A stretch of 64,000 nt of DNA from Octopus vulgaris (lineage: Eukaryota): contig OX597818.1 in assembly GCA_951406725.2 (NCBI GenBank), forward strand, positions 56,916,001-56,980,000, written 5' to 3'. Position numbers and translations under genes: made by a program. Of the stretch, positions 53,841 to 64,000 are shown piece by piece. Within the stretch, counting starts at the first letter, position 1; the number at the start of each line of letters is the position of its first letter. The notes beneath the pieces were generated by a model. That model saw nothing but the letters and a program-made list of their open reading frames with translations, was not told the origin of the DNA and searched no databases.

Positions 53841-54534
53841 AAGATATGAAGAGATTTCCTCTGAGGCAAAAACCACAACATCATGCCTTTCAGTGGAGAA
53901 TATACATTTAGTATGATACACAGATAGCTATTTTAAATGCTGTTCACCCTTAGCAGATGGGGCTTGACTCAGTACACTGTGTATCCATTCTGTAAAACTG
54001 GTTTAACTCAACCACCAGGTTGATTGAGTGTTTTATATTTTCTTTAGCAGGGCTTCCTTTTGTAAGCCCCCTGAGCCTGTCTGTTAGTTCCCTACCTGTC
54101 TACAGTTTTACCTGCAGATGTTTAGGCTGGGTATTAGCTGCATCAGCTGCACCCCTCTAACAGGGCCTGCAAAGGGCATGACCTCTGCCTGTCTTTTCCT
54201 GACTAACTTATAAAAGAAAATAAAATAAATAGGGACTAAATTGATGATGGTTGTGAAGGTGATGGTGGTGGTGGTGGTGGTGGTGGTATATGAAGATGAT
54301 GACAATATGATGATGATGATAATGTTGATGATGGTGGTGGTGGTGGAGGTGATGATGATGGTAGTGGTGGTGATATATGAAAATGATGATGATGATGGTG
54401 GTGGTGGAGGTGATGATGATGGTGGTGGTGATGCTGGTGGTGGTGGTGGTGATGATGATGACTATGATGATGATGACTATAATGGTGGTGTTGGAGGTGA
54501 TGGTTTTTGGTAACTATGATGTTGTTGATGGAAG

Positions 54535-54568
<34 letters not shown>

Positions 54569-54591
54569 AATGGTTGTAGTGGTTGAGCTGC

Positions 54592-54632
<41 letters not shown>

Positions 54633-55917
54633 ATGATGGTGGTGGTAGTGGTACCATAGGTGTTGATGAATGATAAAGCACCATCTGCTAAATATTACTG
54701 TTCACCACCAACGTTTCAATGACAACGAATATCATTTTTATCCCCTGAGAATAAAAAACAAAAACCAAAAATGTTATTTTCCTTCCTTCCTTAACAATCA
54801 TCCCAATGTTTCTTACTTCAAATCCTTCCTCAAACGTTTGCGCCGCCTGGAAAACATTTACTTTGAAAAATTCCATCTCTCTCTTATTTCCTTTCTACTT
54901 TGATGCGGTGATGTCTGAAGTTGCTGTACATCATGTGATGAAAGGATTTGACCAATGGCTATCTTCTAAATGTCATGAAACAGTTTTTACATTTTGGAAG
55001 ATTTAAAAAACAAAATTTAAAAATTATTTTTCATAATTAACTCTTTTACTAGTTCGTCAAGCTGTTTGCTTTTAATTATCATTTTGCTATTTTTCATCTT
55101 TTACTTGTTTCAGCCAGAGGCTGAGACCAAGCTGGGGCACCAAGAAAGCATCTTCAGCACAGTTTTCTTATGACCCAAAGCCACTTCAATTATTTTCCGT
55201 TATTCTTCCATTACTACTGATCTCTCCATCCATATTTTCATTGAGTACCCCCTCCCCTCGGCTGTGCCACCAAATTATCTCTCCCCACCCCATCATATAT
55301 CTCACCCCCCTCCTTATGCACTGTCCCTGCCTCTCTCTCTTCCCCATCTGCTCCTACAACCTACCCAATGGCATGTTTTCTCTCTTTTGTCCTGTTAACT
55401 GTATCATTATTTCTAGCCTGTTGCCCTGCACTTTTGGACATCCCTTACTCCTCCACTCACTCCTGGCCCGTCTGCCCCACTCATTCCAACCCACCTTGTA
55501 CCTTGAAGGTTCTCATCATCACTTTTCAGCCCCCCCTACCTTCTCTTCTAAAATGTGGGTACTTGTATCACTCCCCCACAGCAAGAAACCTGTTCTACTC
55601 TGGCCCTTTCTCTCAATTCCTTATTCTCCTAGCATAAAGTTCTCTCTTTCTCTCTCGTGTCAGGGTTTATAGTCTTGTAAGATTTATGGCAACCCCACTA
55701 GTGCTGTTGGTATGAAACAAGTACCCAGTACACGCTGTAAAGTGGTTGGCATTAGGAAGGGCATCCAGCCATAGAAACCATACCAAAGCAAATACTGAAG
55801 TGCAATGCAGTTCTTAGGCCCATCGGATCCTATCAAACTGTCCAACCAATGCCAGCATGGAACATGGACATCAAATTATGATGATGATTAATCTCTGGTA
55901 ATATTTTGATTACACAT

Positions 55918-56315
55918 GAGGTGGTGAACTGGCAAAATTGTTAGCACACCGGGTGAAACGCTTAGTGGTATTTCATCTGCCGTCATGTTCTGAGTTCAAA
56001 TTCCGCCGAAGTCAACTTTGCCTTTCATCCTTTTGGGGTTGATAAATTAAGTACCAGTTACACACTGGGGTCAATATAATCGACTTAATCCGTTTGTCTG
56101 TCCTTGTTTGTCCACTCTGTCTTTAGCCTCTTGTGGGTAGTAAAGAAATAGGTATTTTGCCTGCCGTTATGTTCTGAGTTCAAATTCCGCTGAGGTTGAC
56201 TTTATCTTTTATCCTTTCAGGGTCATTAAAATAAGTACCAGTTTAGTACTGGGGTTGATGTAATAGACTAGCCCTCCCCTTCGAAATAGCTGGCCTTGTG
56301 TCAAAATTTGAACCC
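55918..56315 (+). mobile_element. SINE family B dimer with alternative 3' tail
   Basis: Same junction; second unit ends in CCCTCCCC...GGCCTTGTG...AAATTTGAA. Confidence 0.8.
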
Positions 56316-56648
56316 AATATTTTGATAGAGCATTCTAGAAAAAAATTGTTATTCATCTCTATATAAAGAATGAATTCCTGATTTAGATGTTAATCTGTTG
56401 AGTGCAGTCCATGTGACTCCCACCCATTGATTCCTTTATATAACTTGACAACCATGTAGTGTGTGTGTGTGTTCATGCTTGCATATATGTAAATGATGAT
56501 GATAACGATGACAGCTGTGCTTGCTTCCAAGTCTTCAGACATAATTGTCCTGCTTAATAACCAACTTCATTATTTCAGTCTATAAATGTATAATTCCAAC
56601 CCAAATTCTTCTCTCACATTATTATATAAACTGTATTTCATTTTACAG

Positions 56649-56835
56649 AGGGGTTCACTTAAAGGATTTGATTTCACTTCATACAGCCCTTGCTGACAAA
56701 GTTGATGGGGTCTCCACCAGCTTAATTCACTTCCGTAAAATGGTTCAACTTTATCAAATCTTTAAAGAACTCACTTGCCTACAAAATGAAAACCTTCCTC
56801 TTGATACCAATATGGACCTTGTTAATACTCTTCGG
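56649..56835 (+). CDS. RASGRP: RasGRP exon, CDC25 domain C-terminal part (GVHLKDLISLHTALADKV...NMDLVNTLR); gene continues past the last exon found
   Basis: 187 nt, phase 2-0; PILGVHLKDLI motif formed across the junction; TTACAG acceptor and G|GTAAGT donor. Confidence 0.96.
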
Positions 56836-56874
56836 GTAAGTACCATGCTACAGCAATGTACACATCTTTTGTGT

Positions 56875-57298
56875 TACTCTTTTACTCTTTTATTTGTTTC
56901 AGTCATTTGACTGTGGCCATGCTGGAGCACCGCCTTTAGTCGAGCAAATCGACTCCAGGACTTATTCTTTGGAAGCCCAGTACTTATTCTATTGGTCTCT
57001 TTTGCTGAACCGCTAACTTACAGGGACGTAGACACACCAGCATCGGTTGTCAAGCGATGCTGGGTGGGTGGGTGGGTGTTGGGAAACACAGACACACAAA
57101 GATATACACACACACGCATATATATACATATATACGACGGGCTTCTTTCGGTTTCCATCTACCAAATCCACTCACAAGACTTTGGTCGTCCCGAGGCTAT
57201 AGTAGAAGGCACTTGCCCAAGGTGCCACGCAGTGGGACTGAATCCGGAACCATGTGGTTGGTAAGCAAGCTACTTACCACACAGCCACTCCTGCGCCT
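56875..57298 (-). mobile_element. SINE family A, full length, 40 nt downstream of an exon donor
   Basis: Reverse complement of 53433-53840. Confidence 0.9.
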
Positions 57299-58229
57299 AT
57301 ATTGTTACTTGAAATATATTTTTTATTTTGCACTGATTATAATGAAGTGAATGCCTTTCTCTTGTTTCTTGGACCCCAAGTTCAGATTAGAGTACAAAAT
57401 GAGAAAAGCAGACTTAAGGGCACCTTCAGCTAACCCTCCCTGTAATATATTTATGAAGTGTTATTACAAATGAGAAAAACTAGCAAGGATCTTCATCACT
57501 TCTGTGATAATAGAAGCAGGTCATTTCTGGTGCATGTAAATGGTTTCATCAAGACATAAGCCAAGGAGTTGGGCAAACTCTTCATCATCATCATCATCAT
57601 CGTTTAACGTCCGCTTTCCATGCTAGCATGGGTTGGACGATTTGACTGAGGTCTGGCGAACCAGATGGCTGCACCAGGCTCCAATCTGATCTGACAGAGT
57701 TTCTACAGCTGGATGCCCTTCCTAATGCCAACCACTCCGAGAGTGTAGTGGGTACTTTTTACGTGCCACTAGCACGGGGGCCAGTCAGGCTGTACTGGCA
57801 ATGGCCATGCTCAAATGGTGCTTTTTATGTGCCACCTGCACAGGAGCCAGTCCAGCGGCACTGGCAACGACCTCGCTCGAATGTTTTTTCACGTGCCACC
57901 AGCACAAGTGCCAGTAATGCGACACAGGTAACGATCATGCTCGAATAGTGTTTTTAACGAGCCATCGGCATGGAGGCCAGCTTGTTGCTCTGGCAACGAT
58001 CTCACTTGTATGGTAAACTCTTGACATAGCTAATCCATAATTAGGGAGCTCGGTTACTCTTGGGTTAAATGTTTTGGTTTTTAACCAGTGCATCAGGGTT
58101 GATATGATGCTGAGGGGTGCATATCATACAAGATTACCATCTTTAGTGAACTCTATGTTCTTGGGTATTGTTTGTATTGGAACTTTTGAATTGTGAGACA
58201 TTGGTTTTATGGCAGAAAAGACATCAGGA

Positions 58230-58816
58230 TAAGGCGGTTAGCACTCCAGTCGAAATGCTTAGAGGTATTTCGTCTGCCGCTACATTCCGAATTCAAATTC
58301 CGCCGAGGTCGACTTTGCCTTTCATCCTTTCGGGGTCAATTAAATAAGTACCAGTCATGCACTGGGGTCGATATAATCGACTTAATCCGTTTGTTTCTCC
58401 TTGTTTGTCCTCTCTGTGTTTAGCCCCTTGTGGGTAGTAAAGAAATAGGTATTTCGTCTGCTGCTATGTTCTGAGATCAAATTCCGCCGAGGTCGACTTT
58501 GCCTTTCATCCTTTCGGGGTCAATTAAATAAGTACCAGTCATGCACTGGGGTCGATATAATCGACTTAATCCATTTGTTTCTCCTTGTTTGTCCTCTCTG
58601 TGTTTAGCCCCTTGTGGGTAGTAAAGAAATAGGTATTTCGTCTGCTGCTATGTTCTGAGATCAAATTCTGCTGAGGTCGACTTTGCCTTTCATCCTTTCG
58701 GGGTCGATTAAATAAGTTCCAATTATGAACTGGGGTCGATATAATCGACTTAATCCGTTTGTCTGTCCTTGTTTGTCCCCTCTGTGTGTAGCCCCTTGTG
58801 GGCAATAAAGAAATAA
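58230..58816 (+). mobile_element. SINE family B trimer
   Basis: Three near-identical units of about 184 bp joined at AAAGAAATAG|GTATTTCGTCTG. Confidence 0.88.
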
Positions 58817-58869
58817 GAAAAGACACCAGGATGCAAAACATGGTGTTTATTCTTTGTATTTACATCTGT

Positions 58870-59140
58870 AGTGTGGAAGTGAATGGTTTAGTGGTCAGGT
58901 TATTTGACTCACAATCATCAGTTTGTGAATTTGATTCCCAGTGGGACATTGCATCCTTAAGCAAGACTTTTATTCACAGTGCTCCAGTCCATTCAGCTGG
59001 CGAAAATGAGTTGTCCTATAATTCAAAGAATTTTTCTTGTCACACTGTTTGTTTAGCTGAATTTCCTTGAGAACTTTAAGGGTACATGTGTCTGTGGAGC
59101 ACTCAGCCACTTGCAGGTTAATTTTACAAGCAGTTTTTTC
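58870..59140 (+). mobile_element. Older tRNA-derived SINE family E (CORE-like central region)
   Basis: TGGTTTAGTGG A-box, decayed B-box, TCCTTAAGCAAGAC...GCTCCAGTCCATTCAGCTG; 3' part matches minus-strand fragments at 690-835, 24592-24780, 50012-50118. Confidence 0.6.
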
Positions 59141-59149
59141 TGTCGAACT

Positions 59150-59812
59150 GACTCTCTTTTTACTCTCTTTTACTTGTTTCAGTTTCCATCTACCAAATCC
59201 ACTCACAAAGCTTTGGTCGGCCCAGGGCTATAGTAGAAGACACTTGCCCAAAGTGCCATGCAGTGGGACTGAACCAGGAACCATGTGGTTGGTAAGCAAG
59301 CTACTTACCACACAGCCACTCCTACGCCTGGAACCCTTATCTTCATAACTGACAGAGTGCTACTTTTTTTTTCCCTACATCTTTTACTCTTTTACTTGTT
59401 TCAGTCATGTGACTGTGGCCATGCTGGAACACCGCCTTTAGTTGAGCAAATCAATCTCAGGATTTATTCTTTGTAAGCCTAGTACTTATTCTATCGGTCT
59501 CTTTTGCTGAACCGCTAAGTTACAGGGACGTAAACACACCAGCATCGGTTGTCAAGTGATGTGGGGGGGACAGAGACACACAAACACATACACATACATA
59601 TATATATACATACATATATACAACGGGCTTCTTTCAGTTTCCATCTACCAAATCCACTCACAAGGCTTTGGTCGGCCCGAAGCTATAGTAGAAGATACTT
59701 GCCCTAGGTGCCACGCAGTGGGACTGAACCTGGAACCATGTGGTTGGTAAGCAAGCTACTTACCACACACCCACTCCTACGCCTGGAACCCTTATCTTCA
59801 TAACTGACAGAG
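59150..59812 (-). mobile_element. SINE family A: internally deleted copy plus full copy sharing duplicated flank
   Basis: Flank GGAACCCTTATCTTCATAACTGACAGAG follows both heads (about 59330 and 59785). Confidence 0.8.
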
Positions 59813-60214
59813 AGTTACTTGTTTTTTCTCTCCTGCATTTGTAAATTTCATAATGGTTAAATATTCCTTTAGTTTTATTGCTACCAAAAATTCTGCATTA
59901 AAATCTTTGCTTTAAAGAATACTTCAAATATAAACTACACTTCAATGGTCGTAAAATAGAACAGCAATTTATTTTTAGCATTTTTAAAATATAAACTGAT
60001 TTTCTGGGTGAGTCATACAAAAATAACCATCTGTTATATGATTCTTTTATTCTTTTATTCTATTCTTTTATTCTTTTATTCTATTCTTTTATTCTTTTAT
60101 TCTATTCTTTTATTCTTTTATTCTATCACCGAAAGATAGAAATTTCATGTTAGCTTTATTCCATTGTTTTAAGCATTCAACTCGTATTCTAGAACATATC
60201 TGAAGAATAAAAAA

Positions 60215-60372
60215 TGTTTATCTCGATCTCTCTCTCTCCGTCTGATTCCAAAATAGTAATCATGGTAACATGATTTTACGAACCGAGTAATTTTAGAATG
60301 CTGATCAGACATCGTTACCTTGTTGCAAATGTAACAAAACCTGACCGGATCGTTTTCACGTTTTCTATTCAT
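60215..60372 (-). mobile_element. DNA-transposon relic, N-terminal zinc-finger segment (Chapaev/CMC-like)
   Basis: MNRKRENDPVRFCYICNKVT...ITRFVKSCYHDYYFG resembles the recalled FCYICG...ITxFVKxAYxAYFG-LGDQDK motif; family assignment from memory. Confidence 0.5.
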
Positions 60373-60624
60373 GGTTTGACACCCGTAATAGAACTAAGAA
60401 GCAAATAAAATAGAGAAATGTGCACATGTGCAGCTGTACACTTCCACTCGCTTGTTTGTTCGACAGAACGCTGTTGCAATAACAAAATGGCAAAGCTGCC
60501 AATGATCTCTGTACGTATAGGTTTCAACCGTTTAGAAATAATTAACTAATTGTATTAATTAAATCAATTAATTTGTGTAACATCCAAAGGAAAATGACTT
60601 TGTTGTGCATTTATAGATAATCCA

Positions 60625-60784
60625 GCGCAGGAGTGGCTGTGTGGTAAGTAGCTTGCTTACCAACCACATGGTTCCGGGTTCAGTCTCACTGCATGGCACT
60701 TTGGGCAAGTGTCTTTTACTATAGCCTTGGGCTGACCAAAGCCTTGTGAGTGGATTTGGTAGATGGAAACTGAAAGAAGCCTGT

Positions 60785-60822
<38 letters not shown>

Positions 60823-60823
60823 C

Positions 60824-60865
<42 letters not shown>

Positions 60866-61077
60866 CTGTGTTTGTCCCCCAACATCACTTGACAACCGAT
60901 GCTGGTGTGTTTACGTCCCCGTAACTTAGCAGTTCGGCAAAAGAGACCGATAGAATAAGTACTAGGCTTACAAAGAATAAGTCCTGGGGTTGATTTGCTC
61001 GACTAAAGGCGGTGCTTCAGCATGGCTGCAGTCGAATGACTGAAACAAGTAGAAGAGTAAAAAGGAGTAGAAGAGTA
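60625..61077 (+). mobile_element. SINE family A, full length
   Basis: High identity to other copies. Confidence 0.9.
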
Positions 61078-61831
61078 ATCCATTCTAAAAAAAATCTCAA
61101 TACTCAAAGAAATATTACAGCATTTGCCAGTGTATAAGTTCTATGATTTTATACTTCTTTTTAACTGAAATAAAATTGGTGTGTGATTTGTAGATAAGGC
61201 AAAGTTTGAAAATGAAGGGAAAAATCTTATACCAAGATTTAATATTAAATTGGAGAGGCAACTTATGCATGAATAATACGGTACTTTTCAGATGGCAAAA
61301 AAAAAAAAAACACACAAAAAGATACTTGGTAAATTCTAAGAGGAAACAAGTTCTTGATTTGAATTCAGTATGTTTGAAATGGGCCTCACAAAGGCAATGA
61401 CAGGAGACCGAGACCTTTGGAGATGTGCTGTGATTGAGAAGACCCGGCAACTAAAGTGAGATTGCAGCCACGCATGTCTGGCCCTGTTAAGAATATCTCT
61501 GATGCGTCAGGTGATATGATATGCTTGAGAACACATGTTGAGTCAAGCAAAACCAATACCGTAGTTGTGACCAGTGCCCCCTGACTGGCTTCTGAGCTGG
61601 TGGCACATAAAAAGCACCATCTGAATGTGATTGATGCCAGGCCTGCATGATGGGCTCATGTGCCAGAGGCATGTAAAAAGCACCCACTACACTCTCAGAG
61701 TGGTTGGCGTTAGGAAGGGCATGAAGCTGTAGGAACATTGCTAGATCAGATTGGAGTCTGGTGCAGACTCCAGACCTCAGTCAAACTGTCCAACCCATAC
61801 CAGCATGGAAAACGGACATTAAATGATGATA

Positions 61832-62018
61832 CATTATTTACATTCAGCGGATATTTGTCCTCATCTTGAGGTTGATATACCCTCCAGCCTTCATCAATGC
61901 TGGAAATCTTGGGGAAATTTCGAACCTGGGTTATTATTATTATTATCTAGGTCCCTGTCTGGAATCGAACTCGAAATCTTGGGGTTAGTAGCCCACACTC
62001 TTAACCACTACATGGGCA
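61832..62018 (-). mobile_element. Degraded H1 composite element
   Basis: Head with TAGTGGTTAAGAG and GAGTTCGATTCC B-box, (AAT)n linker, partially deleted body. Confidence 0.6.
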
Positions 62019-62555
62019 ATTATGGAGTGAATTTTAGGGCTTATAAATCTAATATTTTCTTATCCTTCCTTAATACCAGATATGATTACATGAAAGAGGC
62101 AGAAATGGTTCAGAAATGGCAGAAATGCCTTGTGGTTCCTTTTCATTATGACTTCAAAACATTCTGAATTTAAAATTGCTTCAGGGTTTGAATGATAAAT
62201 TCTAATTAAGACCTGGGGATCAATTAAGTAATTTACTAACCTATATTTTTCTTTCACTCCATCATAAATTTGTGATGTCGACCTTAGGTTAGAAATATGC
62301 ATTGTAAGAAAGAAGTTGATAGTAGAATTAGGTGAGTGTCAGAGAAAATTCTGGCAAATGGTAGAATTATACACATTAAAAAAAAATTTCCATTCTGAAA
62401 AGATGCAAACCTTTCTAAGTTTCGCTTTAAACTTTCATTTTTTTTTTTAAATGTCATTTTCTAAAACTGTAAACAGGATGTTAGTTCTTTTCCGCTTTAG
62501 GCAGGGCGGAGACATTATAACGTTAAAATAAAATTTATTTAAGGAAAATAGTTTT

Positions 62556-62781
62556 TTTACTCTTTTACTCTTTTACTTGCTTCAGTCATTTGACTGTGGC
62601 CATGCTGGAGCATCGCCTTTAGTCGAACAAATGGACCCCAGGACTTATTCTTTGTAAGCCCAGTACTTATGCTATCGGTCTCTTTTGCCGAACCGCTAAG
62701 TTACAGGGATGTAAACACACCAGCATCGGTTGTCAAGTTATGTCGGGGGACAAACACAGACACACAAACGTATACACACAC

Positions 62782-62842
<61 letters not shown>

Positions 62843-63018
62843 CATACATATATACGTCGAGCTTCTTTCAGTTTCCGTCTACCAAATCCACTCACAAGGC
62901 TTTGGCTGACCTGAAGCTATAGTAGAAGACACTTGCTTCAAGGTGCCACGCAGTGGGAATGAACCCGGAACCATGTGGTTGGTAAGCGAGTTACTTGCCA
63001 CATAGCCACTCCTGCACC
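62556..63018 (-). mobile_element. SINE family A, full length
   Basis: Reverse complement of 60625-61077. Confidence 0.9.
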
Positions 63019-63062
63019 TTTTTTGTAGAACATTTAAAAAAAAACCAAATTAGGTGATTATT

Positions 63063-63815
63063 TTGTTTTTGGATTTGGTTTGCAAGATTCTTTATATGAG
63101 TTCGTGTGTTGAAGCATATTCTGTTGTGTCTGAGGAGAGTCATTTTCTTTTTGTGCCTTATATTGTAACACACTCACCGGTAAAATTTCCACTTTTTTCT
63201 TATTTTTATTTTCCTAAAGTTTTCGTTGCGTCTTGCAACCTTTTCAATAGTCTTGACTCTGTCCGTTATTTTCAAGACTATTGAAAAGGTTGCAAGATGC
63301 AACGAAAATTTTAGGAAAATCATCATCATCATCATTTAGCGTCCGCTTTCCATGCTAGCATGGGTTGGACGGTTCAACTGGGGTCTGTGAAGCCAGAAGG
63401 CTGCATCAGGCCCAGTCTGATCTGGCAGTGTTTCTACGGCTGGATGCCCTTCCTAACGCCAACCACTCCATGAGTGTAGTGGGTGCTTTTTACATGCTAC
63501 CCGCAAAGGTGCCAGACGGAGCTGGCAAACAGCTATGGACGGATGGTGCATTTTACGTGCCACTGGCACGGGGGCCAGGCAAGGCTGGCAACGGCCATGA
63601 TTGGATGGTGCTTTTTACATGCCACCGGCACGGGGGCCAGGCGAGACTTGCAACGGCCACGATCGGATGGTGCTTTTTACGTGCCACCGGCACAGGGGCC
63701 AGACGAGGCTGGCAACGGCCACGAACGGATGGTGCTTTTTAAGTGGCAATTTCACCGGTGAGTGTGTTAAATTATAAGGCACAAAAAGAAAATGACTCTC
63801 CCCAGACGCAACAGT
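63063..63815. mobile_element. Fold-back element (family H3) interrupted by a family-C element at 63320-63740
   Basis: Same arms as 15736-16300 with a 15-nt centre; insertion at the same junction (TTAGGAAAA|TCATCATC). Confidence 0.75.
63214..63314. ncRNA. Second inverted pair of H3 (U3-A8) hammerhead-like motifs (63214-63250 minus; 63278-63314 plus)
   Basis: Same motif as 15883-15919, nearly identical sequence. Confidence 0.55.
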
Positions 63816-64000
63816 CTATGTTTCTTTACTGTATTTATACAGGAACAAACCTTATGTCCCACATATTTGGCTGCTATGTTGCTATGCCGTGTGTCATGAG
63901 ACCCCATTGTCTTAGCTGGGAATTTCATTTACTGCCACATTCCTAATTAATCATCATGATCTTCAGCAGATATTGATATTGTGTTTCAGGACTTGTCTTA

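Noticed and set aside
56836-64000. Next RasGRP exon (expected roughly SLD..YTEDEIYELS..REP, then EF-hands and C1)
   Set aside because: No matching frame with splice sites recognised; probably beyond the window.

Overview
Eukaryotic (animal) genomic DNA, AT-rich and dominated by repeats and microsatellites. The repeat landscape suggests an octopus/coleoid cephalopod, but that is inference only. One protein-coding gene is supported: a RasGRP-family Ras/Rap guanine-nucleotide exchange factor on the + strand. Eight phase-compatible exons between 16339 and 56835, plus a probable start-codon exon at 14555-14607, encode the REM and most of the CDC25 domain; the expected EF-hand/C1 exons were not found and presumably lie beyond the window. 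The intron at 29958-36453 is a GT-AG U12-type (minor spliceosome) intron. The introns are filled with several SINE-like families, RTE-type LINE fragments, mariner/piggyBac/hAT-type relics and MITEs, and two large minisatellites (25 bp and 19 bp units). The most unusual signal is a set of four unrelated short repeat families that each contain a minimal type-I hammerhead-ribozyme motif with a palindromic stem III (Penelope-like/retrozyme type), with compensatory variation of the 3-8 core pair (C-G, U-A, G-C); one family is joined to a tRNA-like Pol III head. Almost all ORFs in the supplied track are microsatellite or SINE artefacts. Repeat boundaries are read by eye and approximate; family names are from recalled motifs, not database searches.
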